The notes under the pieces were generated by a model. That model was given only the letters and a program-made list of their open reading frames with translations, had not been told where the DNA came from and did not search any database. Shown piece after piece: positions 49,123 to 59,361 of a DNA stretch of 64,000 nt. Position 1 is the stretch's first letter. Every line of letters begins with the position of its first letter. This stretch comes from Candidatus Hadarchaeum sp. (GTDB lineage Archaea; Hadarchaeota; Hadarchaeia; Hadarchaeales; Hadarchaeaceae). The stretch spans positions 1,441-65,440 of the forward strand of contig NZ_JAVZIN010000009.1 in the NCBI RefSeq assembly GCF_038871235.1. The letters are read 5' to 3'. Position numbers and translations under genes: made by a program.

Positions 49123-50646
49123 TTGGAAATCGGAACTATAATTGTGGATGAAGATTCGCCTTCGCCGGGCAGCTTCAGTTTTGTTGTCACATGCGGCGAG
49201 AGCGATATTCCTGTCCGTCAGGGTCAGTTTGTCAGGGTTGAAACTGAGGAGGGCTTGGTGATGGCCTTCGTGACTAATCTTATCAAGACCAACAGGTACT
49301 TTGTGCGTGCGGAATCCGTCAGGGAGTATGAACGAAGGGGTAAACCGCTGACGTCGATATTTCCCGCCGATCGCTGGGAGTATTTGGTGGCGAGGGCTCA
49401 GGTGCTGGGAGTCCTGAGGGATCAGGGATTAGAGAGGTGCACCTTCCCTCCCTCTCCGGGACAAAGGGTTTTGACGGTGGAAAATGAAATGCTGGCGCAG
49501 TTTCTAGGGCTGAGGCTAAGCGGCGGAGTGGAGATTGGGAGGCTTCGGCACCACGATGTTCCGGTAAAACTTGACCTCACCAAGCTGCTGAGAAAACACT
49601 TGGCAGTGCTTGCCATGTCCGGTTCGGGTAAGAGCAATTTTGCCACGGTGATTGTGGAAGAGCTGCTTGGCCGTTCAGCAGAGCAAGGTCGACCCGCCGT
49701 GATAATAGTTGATGTCCATGGGGAATACGGGGAGCTGGCGAGCCGGACCGCTTATTCCGGTAAAGCGGCCGTGGTGAAGGGAAATGATATTCGCATCGGT
49801 GTTCCAAACCTGAGCGCTTATCAGCTAAAGGAGTTCCTGCCTGACGTCTCAGGAGTTCAGCTGCGAGAACTTCAGAGGGTTCTTGAGGAGCTGCGTTTAG
49901 AAATGAGGAATGGTAAGGGCCCTTTTGATCTAGATGATGTTATTTCAAGAGTTGAGGCTGAGGAAGGCCTGAATAAACAGCTTCAGCAGGCTTTAGTCGG
50001 GTGGCTCAACGACCTGCAGTTCCTCGGGATATTCGATTATGCTGACAACCCCTGCTGGGAACATGCGGTATTGCCGGGGAGGGCGCTGGTCTTGGATTTG
50101 AGCGAAATGACCAGCCTCCGCCGCAAGCAGATGATCGTGGCCCACGTTGCCCGAAGACTGTTTCACGCCCGGAAGCGGAATCAGGTGCCCCCCTTTGTGT
50201 TTTGCTTGGAGGAGGCGCAGCAGTTCTGCCCCTCTAAGGAGTCCAAGGAAGCGGCGATCTCAAGGCCGGCTCTCGAGACGATTGCGAGGGAGGGGCGCAA
50301 GTTCTATGCCTCGCTGATGCTCATCTCCCAGCGCCCGGTTAGGCTGTCGACAACGGTACTCTCGCAGGCCAGCACCAACGTGATACTACGCATAACCAAT
50401 CCCTATGATCTGGAACACATCAAGCAGTCATCAGAGGCCATAACCAAGGAAGTTGCTGAGATGGTTTCCACTTTGCCGGTGGGCGAGGCTCTTATACTCG
50501 GCGAGGCGGTGAACTATCCCATCTTCGTGAGGATCAGGAAGAAGCACACGCAGATATCCAAACATGGGCTCAGCATGGAGGATGCTGTGAGGGAATTTGA
50601 AACAATGAATTCAGGGGAAGAAGAGGACGCAAAAGCCTTTATGTGA
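49123..50646 (+). CDS. herA: HerA-family DNA helicase/translocase (FtsK-HerA ATPase). It uses a TTG start
   Basis: 507 aa. It has an N-terminal HAS-barrel, the Walker A AMSGSGKSN and the Walker B VFCLEEAQ. Confidence 0.85.
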   Translation: MEIGTIIVDEDSPSPGSFSFVVTCGESDIPVRQGQFVRVETEEGLVMAFVTNLIKTNRYFVRAESVREYERRGKPLTSIFPADRWEYLVARAQVLGVLRDQGLERCTFPPSPGQRVLTVENEMLAQFLGLRLSGGVEIGRLRHHDVPVKLDLTKLLRKHLAVLAMSGSGKSNFATVIVEELLGRSAEQGRPAVIIVDVHGEYGELASRTAYSGKAAVVKGNDIRIGVPNLSAYQLKEFLPDVSGVQLRELQRVLEELRLEMRNGKGPFDLDDVISRVEAEEGLNKQLQQALVGWLNDLQFLGIFDYADNPCWEHAVLPGRALVLDLSEMTSLRRKQMIVAHVARRLFHARKRNQVPPFVFCLEEAQQFCPSKESKEAAISRPALETIAREGRKFYASLMLISQRPVRLSTTVLSQASTNVILRITNPYDLEHIKQSSEAITKEVAEMVSTLPVGEALILGEAVNYPIFVRIRKKHTQISKHGLSMEDAVREFETMNSGEEEDAKAFM

Positions 50647-50692
50647 CGGTTCTCAAGCTGGCGCAATTGACTCCGGTTCAACTGCGGGGCGT

Positions 50693-51379
50693 CTATATTT
50701 TTTCAAATGCAGATTTATCCGCCCCGCAGATCGGGCAGACCCAATTTTCCGGCAGCTCCTCGAACGGAGTCCCGGGTTTAATGCCTGAGTCGGGATCGCC
50801 CTTTTCTGGGTCGTAGATGTATCCGCAAATCGTGCACTTGTATTTTTGAAATACCAGGGGTTTGGTCGGCTTTTCCTCCTTTATGTATGTCGGAGCCGTA
50901 GGTGGAGAGACCCCCCGCTTTATCTCGTGGTAGTAGGCGTAAGTCATCGGTTCCGTGGTACTTAACGTCTGAGCTTCCACAATCTTTCCGATGAAAATGG
51001 TGTGAGTGCCTACATCTAGGCTGTTGATGACTTCGGCCTCGAGATAACCCACAGCGTTGTCTAGGACGATGGGGGCACCGGTGACGCCAATTTTGTACTT
51101 AACATCTTTGAACTTGTCCGTTTCCCTTCCCGTTTTGAAGCCAAAGTCACCTATAAAATTAAGGGGAGCATCCTTTGCCAAGATCGAGACAGTGAAGACA
51201 TTGCTTTTTTGGATGATCTCATGGGTCAGGTTTTTTTTATTCAGGCAGACGGCTATCGTCGGTGGATCGGAGGTGGTCTGAAAAACGGTGTTGGCAATTT
51301 GTCCGTTCATTTTGTCCTCATATTTAGAACTCACCACATATAGGCCGTAACTAATTTTGTAAAGAGTTTTCAAGTCCAT
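50693..51379 (-). CDS. Flavin-reductase-like domain fused to a C-terminal rubredoxin (high-molecular-weight rubredoxin, Hrb-like)
   Basis: 228 aa. The N-terminus is an FMN-binding split barrel, YGLYVVSS...TVFQ. The C-terminus is a rubredoxin, [14 protein letters not shown]...WVCPICG. Confidence 0.8.
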   Translation of the reverse strand: MDLKTLYKISYGLYVVSSKYEDKMNGQIANTVFQTTSDPPTIAVCLNKKNLTHEIIQKSNVFTVSILAKDAPLNFIGDFGFKTGRETDKFKDVKYKIGVTGAPIVLDNAVGYLEAEVINSLDVGTHTIFIGKIVEAQTLSTTEPMTYAYYHEIKRGVSPPTAPTYIKEEKPTKPLVFQKYKCTICGYIYDPEKGDPDSGIKPGTPFEELPENWVCPICGADKSAFEKI

Positions 51380-51656
51380 TTTATCGATTCTCCAGGTTTG
51401 TATTCATTTTTCTTATAAAAACAATTTTGGTATGCGGTTTTTTTATAATAACGTTGTAATGGATGGCTGACCAATATCTGGGATCGGTATGCGGCTAAAG
51501 GACTAGGCGTTGATCCCGACCGAAGATGTCCGTTTTCAGGCTGGCACGAGGCGTGACCTGTGCTCCAACGTGGAGAGGGACCCGGTGAAAGCCACTACGC
51601 TGTATTGGCGCACATTGAGTCTAAGGGAAAGAAGCTGGGAATCTAAGGCATGGAAA

Positions 51657-52517
51657 TCAGTCCTCGAGGCAGGCAATCAGCAGCAGCGATTTTTCATAAA
51701 GTTTTCTCGCCGCTTCAGGTTGAATTATGTGCTGCTCCAGATATTCACGCATGAATGTGGTGATATCCAACCCGATATAGACAAGGTTTAGCCTTTCGGA
51801 GTTTGACTGGTGTGGGCGGCTTTTCGATATTTGTGATGTTTTGGTTCTGAGGTTGTCCAGCTTCAACCTCTTGATTTCTTCCACCAAAGCTTCAAACTCA
51901 TCGCCGTTATTTTGGTGGCGGGCCAAGTATCCACCTAGCTCTGAGGCTAGCTCCCAGTAGAGGTCGATTGCCGCGAGCATTGATCCATGGTTAGGAAGAA
52001 CATTCAGCTGCCAGATAGTCCTAGCTCCCAGATGGTCGCTCAGGCGCTCGGTGAACTGGCTGCTGAATGTCAGGATCGGCATTTTTAAATGGGCCGCCAG
52101 CATGGATGCCCTTAAATCCGTAAGAGGTATCTCGCGATCAGCCCCGTAAAGCAGCCGTCTGGAGATTTCATCCAGCAGCTCGGGCAGATAAACCACGATC
52201 AGTTCACCATCACGCACAAATTGGTTGATCAAGCTATATCCAACTATCAGGTTTCTTACTGATATCAGCTTGTCGCGCGCCAGCCAGCTGTAAGTCGCTG
52301 AGGGCAGATAAAGTCCGCCGGCGGCAACGATTCGTTTTGCCGTTTCGAAGCTATCACGATTAATTAGCACGCTTACATCACAGACCGCGCCGAAGTCCTT
52401 GATTTTCGCTCCGTTCAGGTGAATTTTGCTATCGGGTGTGATTGATAAATCTGCTTTTTCAACGTTGAACCTTTTCCCAGCATCTTGCAAAGTTCCCGGT
52501 GAGTGTTTGGGTGTCAA
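51657..52517 (-). CDS. Conserved hypothetical protein
   Basis: 286 aa. No motif I recognise. Confidence 0.4.
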   Translation of the reverse strand: MTPKHSPGTLQDAGKRFNVEKADLSITPDSKIHLNGAKIKDFGAVCDVSVLINRDSFETAKRIVAAGGLYLPSATYSWLARDKLISVRNLIVGYSLINQFVRDGELIVVYLPELLDEISRRLLYGADREIPLTDLRASMLAAHLKMPILTFSSQFTERLSDHLGARTIWQLNVLPNHGSMLAAIDLYWELASELGGYLARHQNNGDEFEALVEEIKRLKLDNLRTKTSQISKSRPHQSNSERLNLVYIGLDITTFMREYLEQHIIQPEAARKLYEKSLLLIACLED

Positions 52518-52551
52518 CTATTTATAAAAGGGCAAACGGGGGCCGACAAAT

Positions 52552-53178
52552 TTAGGCTTGAGCCAGTTGCTCTCGCAAGGCCTGAATCCTACGTTCCAGC
52601 GAGATGATGGTGGCCGAGTTGTCGTAGGGCTCCAGCTTTCCCTTGCATCTGGAGCACTTAAAATCATTTTCCGCAGCTTCCTCCAGCGTCATCTTCGGAC
52701 AACCGTTGCTGCAGGAAAAGTAGATAGTGTTTTTCTCTTTCTCCAGTTGTTCCTCCAGCTTTTGTAAGAGGAGCTGGCGGTTAGTTTTCACATAAGCTAG
52801 GGCGCGCTCGGGATCGACCTTCCAGTAATAGATGTACCAGCCGCTGTTCTCGTCCCGGACCCTGCGGTAGCTGACCACCCGATTATCGTAGAGGTCATAC
52901 AGGATCCTCCGGACGAGGTTGAGCCTGATTCCGGTTCTCTTGGCAATTTCCTCGTCGGTCAGCTCTTCTGAGACGATAGCCTTGGCCACAGTATAGCCGT
53001 GTTCTCCGGCTATTTGGTGGAGAAGCTCATAAATGGTGGGATTTTCCAGCGAGATGGGAGCCGCCTTTTCCGGCTCAACCTTTACTTTTTTTGCTGAGGC
53101 AGCAGTTTTTTTGCCTTGCTTTTTGGCCGTTGTTTTTTTCTTGGTTTTCTCTATTTTTTTAGAAGTCGCTTTTGCCAT
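52552..53178 (-). CDS. tfe: Transcription factor E (TFIIE-alpha homologue) with a lysine-rich N-terminal extension
   Basis: There is a winged-helix segment, IYELLHQIAGEHGYTVAKAIV...EEIAKRTGIRLNLVRRILYDLYDNRVV. There is a zinc-ribbon, CSNGCPKMT...CSRCKG. The first 45 or so aa are K/A/T-rich: MAKATSKKIEKTKKKTTAKKQGKK. Confidence 0.8.
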   Translation of the reverse strand: MAKATSKKIEKTKKKTTAKKQGKKTAASAKKVKVEPEKAAPISLENPTIYELLHQIAGEHGYTVAKAIVSEELTDEEIAKRTGIRLNLVRRILYDLYDNRVVSYRRVRDENSGWYIYYWKVDPERALAYVKTNRQLLLQKLEEQLEKEKNTIYFSCSNGCPKMTLEEAAENDFKCSRCKGKLEPYDNSATIISLERRIQALREQLAQA

Positions 53179-53263
53179 GGCATCACCATTTTACAACATT
53201 TAAATTTTTTTGTTTCTTTTTGTAAATATAATTAACGGGAATCAAAACAAAATAATTGTATTT

Positions 53264-53812
53264 TTATGACTTTATTTCAATTTTTTTGCCTTTTTCTGTC
53301 GGTATTATCTTCATTTTGCTGTTTTTAAACTCCTTTTTTAGTTCAGAACCATGAAAAATCCTATCAAGGAAAATGGCTAGAGCTGCTATCTCAGAATGTG
53401 GTTGATTGCCAATAGCAACGTTAAAATCAGCGATTTCAAATACTTCTCTAGGCATTTTTTCGCCGCCAACGATGACGAGGATGTCCTTACCTTTAAGTTT
53501 AGGTATGACCTCGTCGACAGGAATTCCATACATGGTCAGGTGTACAATCACACCACCCATGTGGCGCCAAGTCTCCACAACTGCCCTCCAAGATTTACCG
53601 CTTTCCACAAAGAAATCTCCGCCCCAGTTCTGAACCACCTTTCTGATGCTCTCCTCGACGGTTTTATCGCTGACATCGGAAATGATCATCCCGTCTGCGC
53701 CGAAAGCCCTTGCGACCAGCCCCACGTGGGTGGTCACCCGCTTATCACGGAAGATCCTGTGTCCCATTCGCAAGACTACAACTTTAACCATCATCTGATA
53801 ATGGGACCACAA
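53264..53812 (-). CDS. trm56: tRNA (cytidine56-2'-O)-methyltransferase aTrm56 (SPOUT)
   Basis: 182 aa. [34 protein letters not shown] matches the aTrm56 N-terminus. Confidence 0.85.
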   Translation of the reverse strand: MWSHYQMMVKVVVLRMGHRIFRDKRVTTHVGLVARAFGADGMIISDVSDKTVEESIRKVVQNWGGDFFVESGKSWRAVVETWRHMGGVIVHLTMYGIPVDEVIPKLKGKDILVIVGGEKMPREVFEIADFNVAIGNQPHSEIAALAIFLDRIFHGSELKKEFKNSKMKIIPTEKGKKIEIKS

Positions 53813-53825
53813 GGGCTAAAGGCTG

Positions 53826-54872
53826 TTAGGTGTTGGCACGAATTGATTCCAAAAGCGCATCTAGGTTGGTGCCTTGGGTAGCTGATATCGGTACTAGGGT
53901 TGACGTCATGCTGTGGAGCACTTCCATCTTGCGCTCGAGATCTTCCTCAGTTATTAGATCGATTTTATTGAGCGCGGTGATGGTCTTAACGGAGTACTCG
54001 GCTAGGATTTTCTGCGATGTCCTAAGTTTTCTTATTATTTCCGGCACAGGGTCCGACGCGTCCACCAACAACACCACTAAGTCCGCCAGATAGATTTCCT
54101 CGAGCGTGGCCTTGAAGGCCTCGAAAAGCCAAGGAGGCAGGTCGTCTATGAAGCCGACGGTATCGGTGAGGAGGATCATCTTGCTCGCCTTTAGCGCCCT
54201 GGTTCTGGGCATCAGGGTGGTGAAGTACATGTTGTCCACCTCGGCCTTAGCATCGGTCAGGGCGTTTAGCAGCGTTGACTTTCCTGAGTTGGTGTAGCCG
54301 GCCAGCGCCACCAATTTGAACCCCCTTTTTCTTCTGAACTTGCGTCGTTCCTCCCGCGTTTTTTCGATGGACTTCAGCTTTCTGCGCAGGGTGGCGAGCT
54401 TGCGCTTAACCATATCATACCTCACGTTGACTTCGTACTCACCACCACCCCGGAAACCGGGCTGTTCCACCGAAAGAAGTGCCTTAATTTGTTCCCGAAT
54501 TTTGGGTAGTTCGTATTTCAGCCTGGCATATTCTATTTGGAGCTTGGCTTCCGGCGACCCGGCCCTCATGGCGAATATTTCTAACACGATTTGAAATCTG
54601 TCGACCACCTCCACGCCGAGAAGACGAGAAAGCTTGTGAGCCTGGGATGGGGTCAGCTGGTTGCGAAAAACAACTCTTTCCGCTTTGGTTGTTTTTACCA
54701 ATTCTGCCAGTTCTTTCGCCTTTCCCTTCCCGATTTGGTAAGCTGGGTCTGGGTTTCGGACCTGCTGTAGCTTGGCCACGACTTCGTAGTTTAGCGTTTC
54801 TACCAAAGCCTGCAGCTCGTTCAAGCGAGACTGTTCGCCAGACAGTAAACGTTCGACGAGGATAACGCGCAT
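53826..54872 (-). CDS. hflX: GTPase HflX
   Basis: 348 aa. It has the HflX N-domain and the G-domain motifs GYTNSGKST (G1) and DTVGF (G3). Confidence 0.85.
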   Translation of the reverse strand: MRVILVERLLSGEQSRLNELQALVETLNYEVVAKLQQVRNPDPAYQIGKGKAKELAELVKTTKAERVVFRNQLTPSQAHKLSRLLGVEVVDRFQIVLEIFAMRAGSPEAKLQIEYARLKYELPKIREQIKALLSVEQPGFRGGGEYEVNVRYDMVKRKLATLRRKLKSIEKTREERRKFRRKRGFKLVALAGYTNSGKSTLLNALTDAKAEVDNMYFTTLMPRTRALKASKMILLTDTVGFIDDLPPWLFEAFKATLEEIYLADLVVLLVDASDPVPEIIRKLRTSQKILAEYSVKTITALNKIDLITEEDLERKMEVLHSMTSTLVPISATQGTNLDALLESIRANT

Positions 54873-55010
54873 GTCCCCTCAATTAAAGCTCGTTGTTCGG
54901 ACAAAAAATTATGGGTAGAACTGTTCATTCCGGCATGCCAATTTTTGAGCGACCTAAACTTCCACTGAAAGTTTATTAAGGTCTTACAATAGTATTCAAC
55001 GGGATTAAAG

Positions 55011-56228
55011 TTGTCCGATTCTACAAAATCTAAGCCCAACTCCAGCGATGAGTCCTACGTGGCGGACTATATCCAGGGGCTCGAGCGCCGAATTCGCGAC
55101 CTCGAGCACGAGAAGCGCGTTATTGAAAGCCAGTATCTGAAGATGGAGCGGGAGTTGCAGAGCCTGCGCGCCGAGTTTGACCGGATGAGGGCTCCGCCAC
55201 TTGTCGCTGCGACGCTTATCGATGTGCTGGAAGATGGCCGAGCCATCGTTCGCAGTAGCGCTGGGCCTCACTTTGTGGTCACGGCCTCACAGTTCATCAA
55301 ACCCGAGGATCTCAAACCCGGCGTCAGGGTGGCGCTTAACCAGCGAAATCTCAGCATCATGGAGATTTTGCCCTCGAAGAAGGATCCTCTCGTGCTGGGG
55401 ATGGAAGTAGATGAAGCGCCATCGGTGACCTACTCTGATGTTGGTGGGCTTGAGGAACAGATCCGGGAAATCAGGGAGACTGTGGAGCTACCCCTGCTGA
55501 GGAAGGATCTGTTCACAAAAGTGGGCATAGACCCTCCCAAGGGCGTGTTGCTCTACGGGGCCTCGGGTACTGGAAAGACGCTGCTGGCTAGGGCGGTGGC
55601 GCACGAAACCCGGGCGACTTTCATCAGGGTGGTGGGTTCCGAGCTGGTTCACAAGTACATCGGTGAGGGCGCTAGGATAGTAAGGGAAATGTTTGAGCTG
55701 GCCCGGGAGCGGGCCCCTTCGATCGTTTTCATAGATGAGCTTGATGCGATAGGAGCGAGGCGCATGGACGTTTCGACCAGTGGCGACAGGGAGGTCCACA
55801 GAACCCTGATGCAGCTTCTAGCGGAAATAGACGGCTTCGATCCGAGGGGCGATGTGAGAATTCTTGCCGCGACTAACCGACCCGATATTCTTGATCCGGC
55901 ACTGTTACGTCCGGGAAGATTCGACAGGTTGATTTATTTCCCGCTACCGAATGAGTCGGCCAGGTATGCGATATTCAAGATTCACACAGCGAAGATGAAT
56001 CTAGCCAAAGATGTTGATCTCAAGGCCCTAGCCAAGGCAACCGAGAAGGCCACCGGCGCCGACATAAAGTCGATTTGCACTGAGGCGGGCATGTTCGCAA
56101 TCAGAGGTGGACGCGATCAAGTGACGCAGGCTGATTTCAACTTGGCCGTGGCAAAGGTTTTACCGCCGAGTCGAATCCATGAGGACTTTGAATTTTCGAC
56201 CAAACCGGAGAAGATGTACGGTTACTGA
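55011..56228 (+). CDS. pan: Proteasome-activating nucleotidase PAN
   Basis: 405 aa. It has an N-terminal coiled coil, an OB domain, an AAA domain with GASGTGKT, and a C-terminal HbYX-like ...KMYGY. Confidence 0.9.
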   Translation: MSDSTKSKPNSSDESYVADYIQGLERRIRDLEHEKRVIESQYLKMERELQSLRAEFDRMRAPPLVAATLIDVLEDGRAIVRSSAGPHFVVTASQFIKPEDLKPGVRVALNQRNLSIMEILPSKKDPLVLGMEVDEAPSVTYSDVGGLEEQIREIRETVELPLLRKDLFTKVGIDPPKGVLLYGASGTGKTLLARAVAHETRATFIRVVGSELVHKYIGEGARIVREMFELARERAPSIVFIDELDAIGARRMDVSTSGDREVHRTLMQLLAEIDGFDPRGDVRILAATNRPDILDPALLRPGRFDRLIYFPLPNESARYAIFKIHTAKMNLAKDVDLKALAKATEKATGADIKSICTEAGMFAIRGGRDQVTQADFNLAVAKVLPPSRIHEDFEFSTKPEKMYGY

Positions 56229-56271
56229 GTTCAAGCCCATTTCCACACTTTCAACTTTTCCATATTTTCCT

Positions 56272-57648
56272 TTAATTCCTATGACTCTTTATCTTTGTTA
56301 ACAGTAGCTTGGTAATTTCCCGCGGGTCAGCTCTACCCCGAGTGAGTCTGAGCACCTTTCCGGTTAGGAAGTTGATGGCTTCATCCTTTCCCCGCAGATA
56401 GTCTTCTACAGCTTTGGGATTTTCCGTGATTACTCGGTCAATTGCAGCCACCAGTTCTGTTGTTTTAATGGGGATAAGACCAAGTTCTCGCATGATTTTT
56501 TCGGGATCGTCGGGGTTCCTAGCTAGCTCCCTGAGGATCAGCTCTCCTTGCTCTGGAGTTACGCGATTTTCCCCAACCATCCGGAGTAGCGCCGCGAGTT
56601 GTGCCGGTGTGAACTTGACGTCCGCAGCCCGAAGCTTCATGTAGTTGAGTACTTTCTTGAGCCTAGTCTTGAACCAGTTCGCCGCCAGCTTAGGATCGAC
56701 TTCACTAGCCACGGCTTCGTAAAGATCGGCCAGTTCTCGCTCGCTGACGATGAGTTCCGCTGTCGCTGCCGATATTTTATATTTCTCCATCAATCGCTTT
56801 TCCCTCAAATGAGGAGGCTCGGCCATTTTTTCTCGTATCTTTTTGACCCAAGCCTCCTCAAGGATGAGTGGGAAGATGTCGGGGTCAGGTATGTAACGGT
56901 AGTCCTCCTCCATTTCCTTAGCCCTCATAGGTACGGTGACCATCTGGCTCTCGAGAAAAGCTCTAGTCTCCCTTTTCACCGCCAATCCCTTCTTCAACCT
57001 CTCCTTCTGCCTGATGATCTCGAACTTTAGGGCCCGGTAGGCACCCTTCACCGAGTTGATGTTTTTAACTTCAACCCGGCCGCCGCCTTCAAGGGAGATG
57101 TTAACATCGGCTCTCATTGCTCCGCCAGCCTCAGGCCTGACTTTTCCCGTATATTCCAGAACGCGAACAAGAGCCCGCAAGAATTTGCGAGCCTCTTCAG
57201 GCGATTTCATGTCTGGCTCAGTGACTATTTCAACGAGAGGTATGCCTGATCGATTGTAGTCAACGGTTCCCGTTGTGGGGTCGTACTGTCCTGGGTCTTC
57301 CTCTAGGTGAATTTCCCTGATCCTAACACCCTGCAGGTTACCTCCGCTGGCAATGGGCAAGCTCGTCCGCTGGTAGCCCGAGGGAAGGTCGGGATAGTCG
57401 TAGTGTTTCCTCTGGATGTAGATCGTCTGCCCAGTGATGATTTCACACCCAAGCATCAGGGCAATTTCAACCGCGGCTTCTACGGCCTTTTGGTTGGGTG
57501 GTAGCGGCTTGGCTCCGGGCATTCCTGTGCAGATGGGACAGATGTTGGTGTTTGGTGGCACTTCCTGATAGTTCGTCGGACAGTTGCAGTACATCTTGCG
57601 CTTGGTATTAATCTGCTGGTGGACCTCGAATCCTATCTTTATGTTCAT
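56272..57648 (-). CDS. gatB: Asp/Glu-tRNA amidotransferase subunit B
   Basis: 458 aa. The N-terminus IKIGFEVHQQINTKRKMYC is the GatB signature, and there is a C-terminal YqeY-like domain. Confidence 0.9.
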   Translation of the reverse strand: MNIKIGFEVHQQINTKRKMYCNCPTNYQEVPPNTNICPICTGMPGAKPLPPNQKAVEAAVEIALMLGCEIITGQTIYIQRKHYDYPDLPSGYQRTSLPIASGGNLQGVRIREIHLEEDPGQYDPTTGTVDYNRSGIPLVEIVTEPDMKSPEEARKFLRALVRVLEYTGKVRPEAGGAMRADVNISLEGGGRVEVKNINSVKGAYRALKFEIIRQKERLKKGLAVKRETRAFLESQMVTVPMRAKEMEEDYRYIPDPDIFPLILEEAWVKKIREKMAEPPHLREKRLMEKYKISAATAELIVSERELADLYEAVASEVDPKLAANWFKTRLKKVLNYMKLRAADVKFTPAQLAALLRMVGENRVTPEQGELILRELARNPDDPEKIMRELGLIPIKTTELVAAIDRVITENPKAVEDYLRGKDEAINFLTGKVLRLTRGRADPREITKLLLTKIKSHRN

Positions 57649-59018
57649 TCGGTGGCCTCCAGTGCTTTCATCACCTTGAGCACTTCAAGCTCGCCCAGCA
57701 CCCGCCCCTGTATCTGAAGCCCTACAGGGATGCCGCTGATTTCGCCGGCCTTGATGACGCCAGCGCAGATCCCCGCTAGGTTGGCTGGTACGGTGAGATA
57801 GTCGTAGGCATACATTTCCATTGGTGTGAGTTTACTTCCAATTCGGTGAGGTAATTTGGGTACAGTGGGTCCGGCGATGACATCTACCTTTTCAAAGGCC
57901 GCCATCAATTCCCGCTTGATCAGAGTCCTGACTTGAAGTGCCCGTTGGTAGAACTTCCCTCGGTACTCTTTTTGACTGATGTAGCGACCCCGCATTATCC
58001 TCCTTAGCACCTCTTCCCCGCAAACTTCCTCTATTTTCTTTCCATATTTTCTGCCATCGAACTTTCTGGTTCCGGAGAAGAATTCCACCGAGACGATGAG
58101 GTAGTAAGCGTAAAGGCCGCGTTCAAGGTTAGGTAAGTCAATCGCAACGATTTCGGCTCCCAGCTCGCGGAGTTTTTCGATGCCTCGGTCGATGACTTTT
58201 ATGATTGCGGGGTCGGTTAGTTCCGCAAATTTTTCACTGACCCCGACGCGTAATCCCTTGAGATCATCATTCTGAAGTTTCTCAGAGTAGCTAACTTTGT
58301 CCACGTTCAGCATGATACACTCGTTGTCACTTCGGCCAGCAATAGTTTCTAGCATCACTACCGTGCCTGAAACATCAGCCGAGAGCGGCCCGATTTGGTC
58401 GAGACTCATACCGAGATCGATTAAGCCTTGCCGGGGCACGAGGCCATAGGTGGGCTTAAGACCGACGATGCCGCAGTGGCTGGCCGGATTTCTTATAGAG
58501 CCACCGGTGTCGCTGCCAAGACAAATATCGCACAACCCCGCAGCGATCGCCGCAGCACTACCGCTGCTTGAACCACCAGGGATGTGGCCGGGGGCAGCAG
58601 GGTTGTCGGTGGGGCCGAAAGCGCTGGACTCGCCGCTTGAGCCACAGGCGAACTCATCCATGTTATTCATGCCGATGATAATTCCATCCTCACCCCTGAT
58701 CCTTCTGATAACCTCGGCATCGTAGGGCGAAACATAGTCTTGGAGGGTACGTGAGGCGCAGGTTGCTCTCAGCCCAGCGACATTAATGTTTGATTTTATT
58801 CCGATGGCGAGGCCGGCCAGTTTTCCCGCCCTTTCACCCTTCTTTATTTTGCGGTCCACTGCCTCAGCTTCCGTCAGGGCGTTCGGGTTGATCTCGATGA
58901 AGGAGTTGATCTTCCGGTCCAGCTTTTTGATTTTTTCTAGCAATGAAGAGACATTTTCAACAGCGGAGAGGTCGCCCCGCCTGATTTCAGCCAGCTTTTC
59001 TAGCGTTCCTTGGACCAT
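57645..59018 (-). CDS. gatA: Asp/Glu-tRNA amidotransferase subunit A (amidase signature)
   Basis: 457 aa. It has the amidase signature GGSSGGSAAAIAAG and the Ser-cisSer-Lys triad context. Confidence 0.9.
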   Translation of the reverse strand: MVQGTLEKLAEIRRGDLSAVENVSSLLEKIKKLDRKINSFIEINPNALTEAEAVDRKIKKGERAGKLAGLAIGIKSNINVAGLRATCASRTLQDYVSPYDAEVIRRIRGEDGIIIGMNNMDEFACGSSGESSAFGPTDNPAAPGHIPGGSSSGSAAAIAAGLCDICLGSDTGGSIRNPASHCGIVGLKPTYGLVPRQGLIDLGMSLDQIGPLSADVSGTVVMLETIAGRSDNECIMLNVDKVSYSEKLQNDDLKGLRVGVSEKFAELTDPAIIKVIDRGIEKLRELGAEIVAIDLPNLERGLYAYYLIVSVEFFSGTRKFDGRKYGKKIEEVCGEEVLRRIMRGRYISQKEYRGKFYQRALQVRTLIKRELMAAFEKVDVIAGPTVPKLPHRIGSKLTPMEMYAYDYLTVPANLAGICAGVIKAGEISGIPVGLQIQGRVLGELEVLKVMKALEATE

Positions 59019-59254
59019 CTCGCCACTTCCACCTTAAGGTTGCCCAGTTCATCGGATTTTGGCATCAGGGAGATGAACCGGCTTCGAAACAGCGAGCGCT
59101 CTTCCTCAGACGAAGGCTCATCGTCGGTGCGGACGACGTTGTAGGCCTCTAAGCTGTAGTAGGTCTCCTTTAGTTCCGGAATGTTTTCAGTAGCCTTGAC
59201 AAATGAGGCGATTATTTCCTCTGCGCTGCGTTTAATTTCCTCTTCCCTGTCGCC
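59000..59254 (-). CDS. gatC: Asp/Glu-tRNA amidotransferase subunit C. The track gives 59314 as an alternative start
   Basis: About 85 aa. It is acidic, lies directly upstream of gatA with an overlap, and has the pattern EEIKRSAEEI...ENIPELKET...VVRTDDEP. Confidence 0.55.
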   Translation of the reverse strand, partial: GDREEEIKRSAEEIIASFVKATENIPELKETYYSLEAYNVVRTDDEPSSEEERSLFRSRFISLMPKSDELGNLKVEVARWSKER

Positions 59255-59361
59255 CATAGCGTCCCCAGTTGATATCACGTTTGATATAAGAAAAGTTTGG
59301 GGTTTATCCAGCACCGAGCAAGCTTAATCCTTTAAAGATAAGATAATTTTAAAGTGGCATT

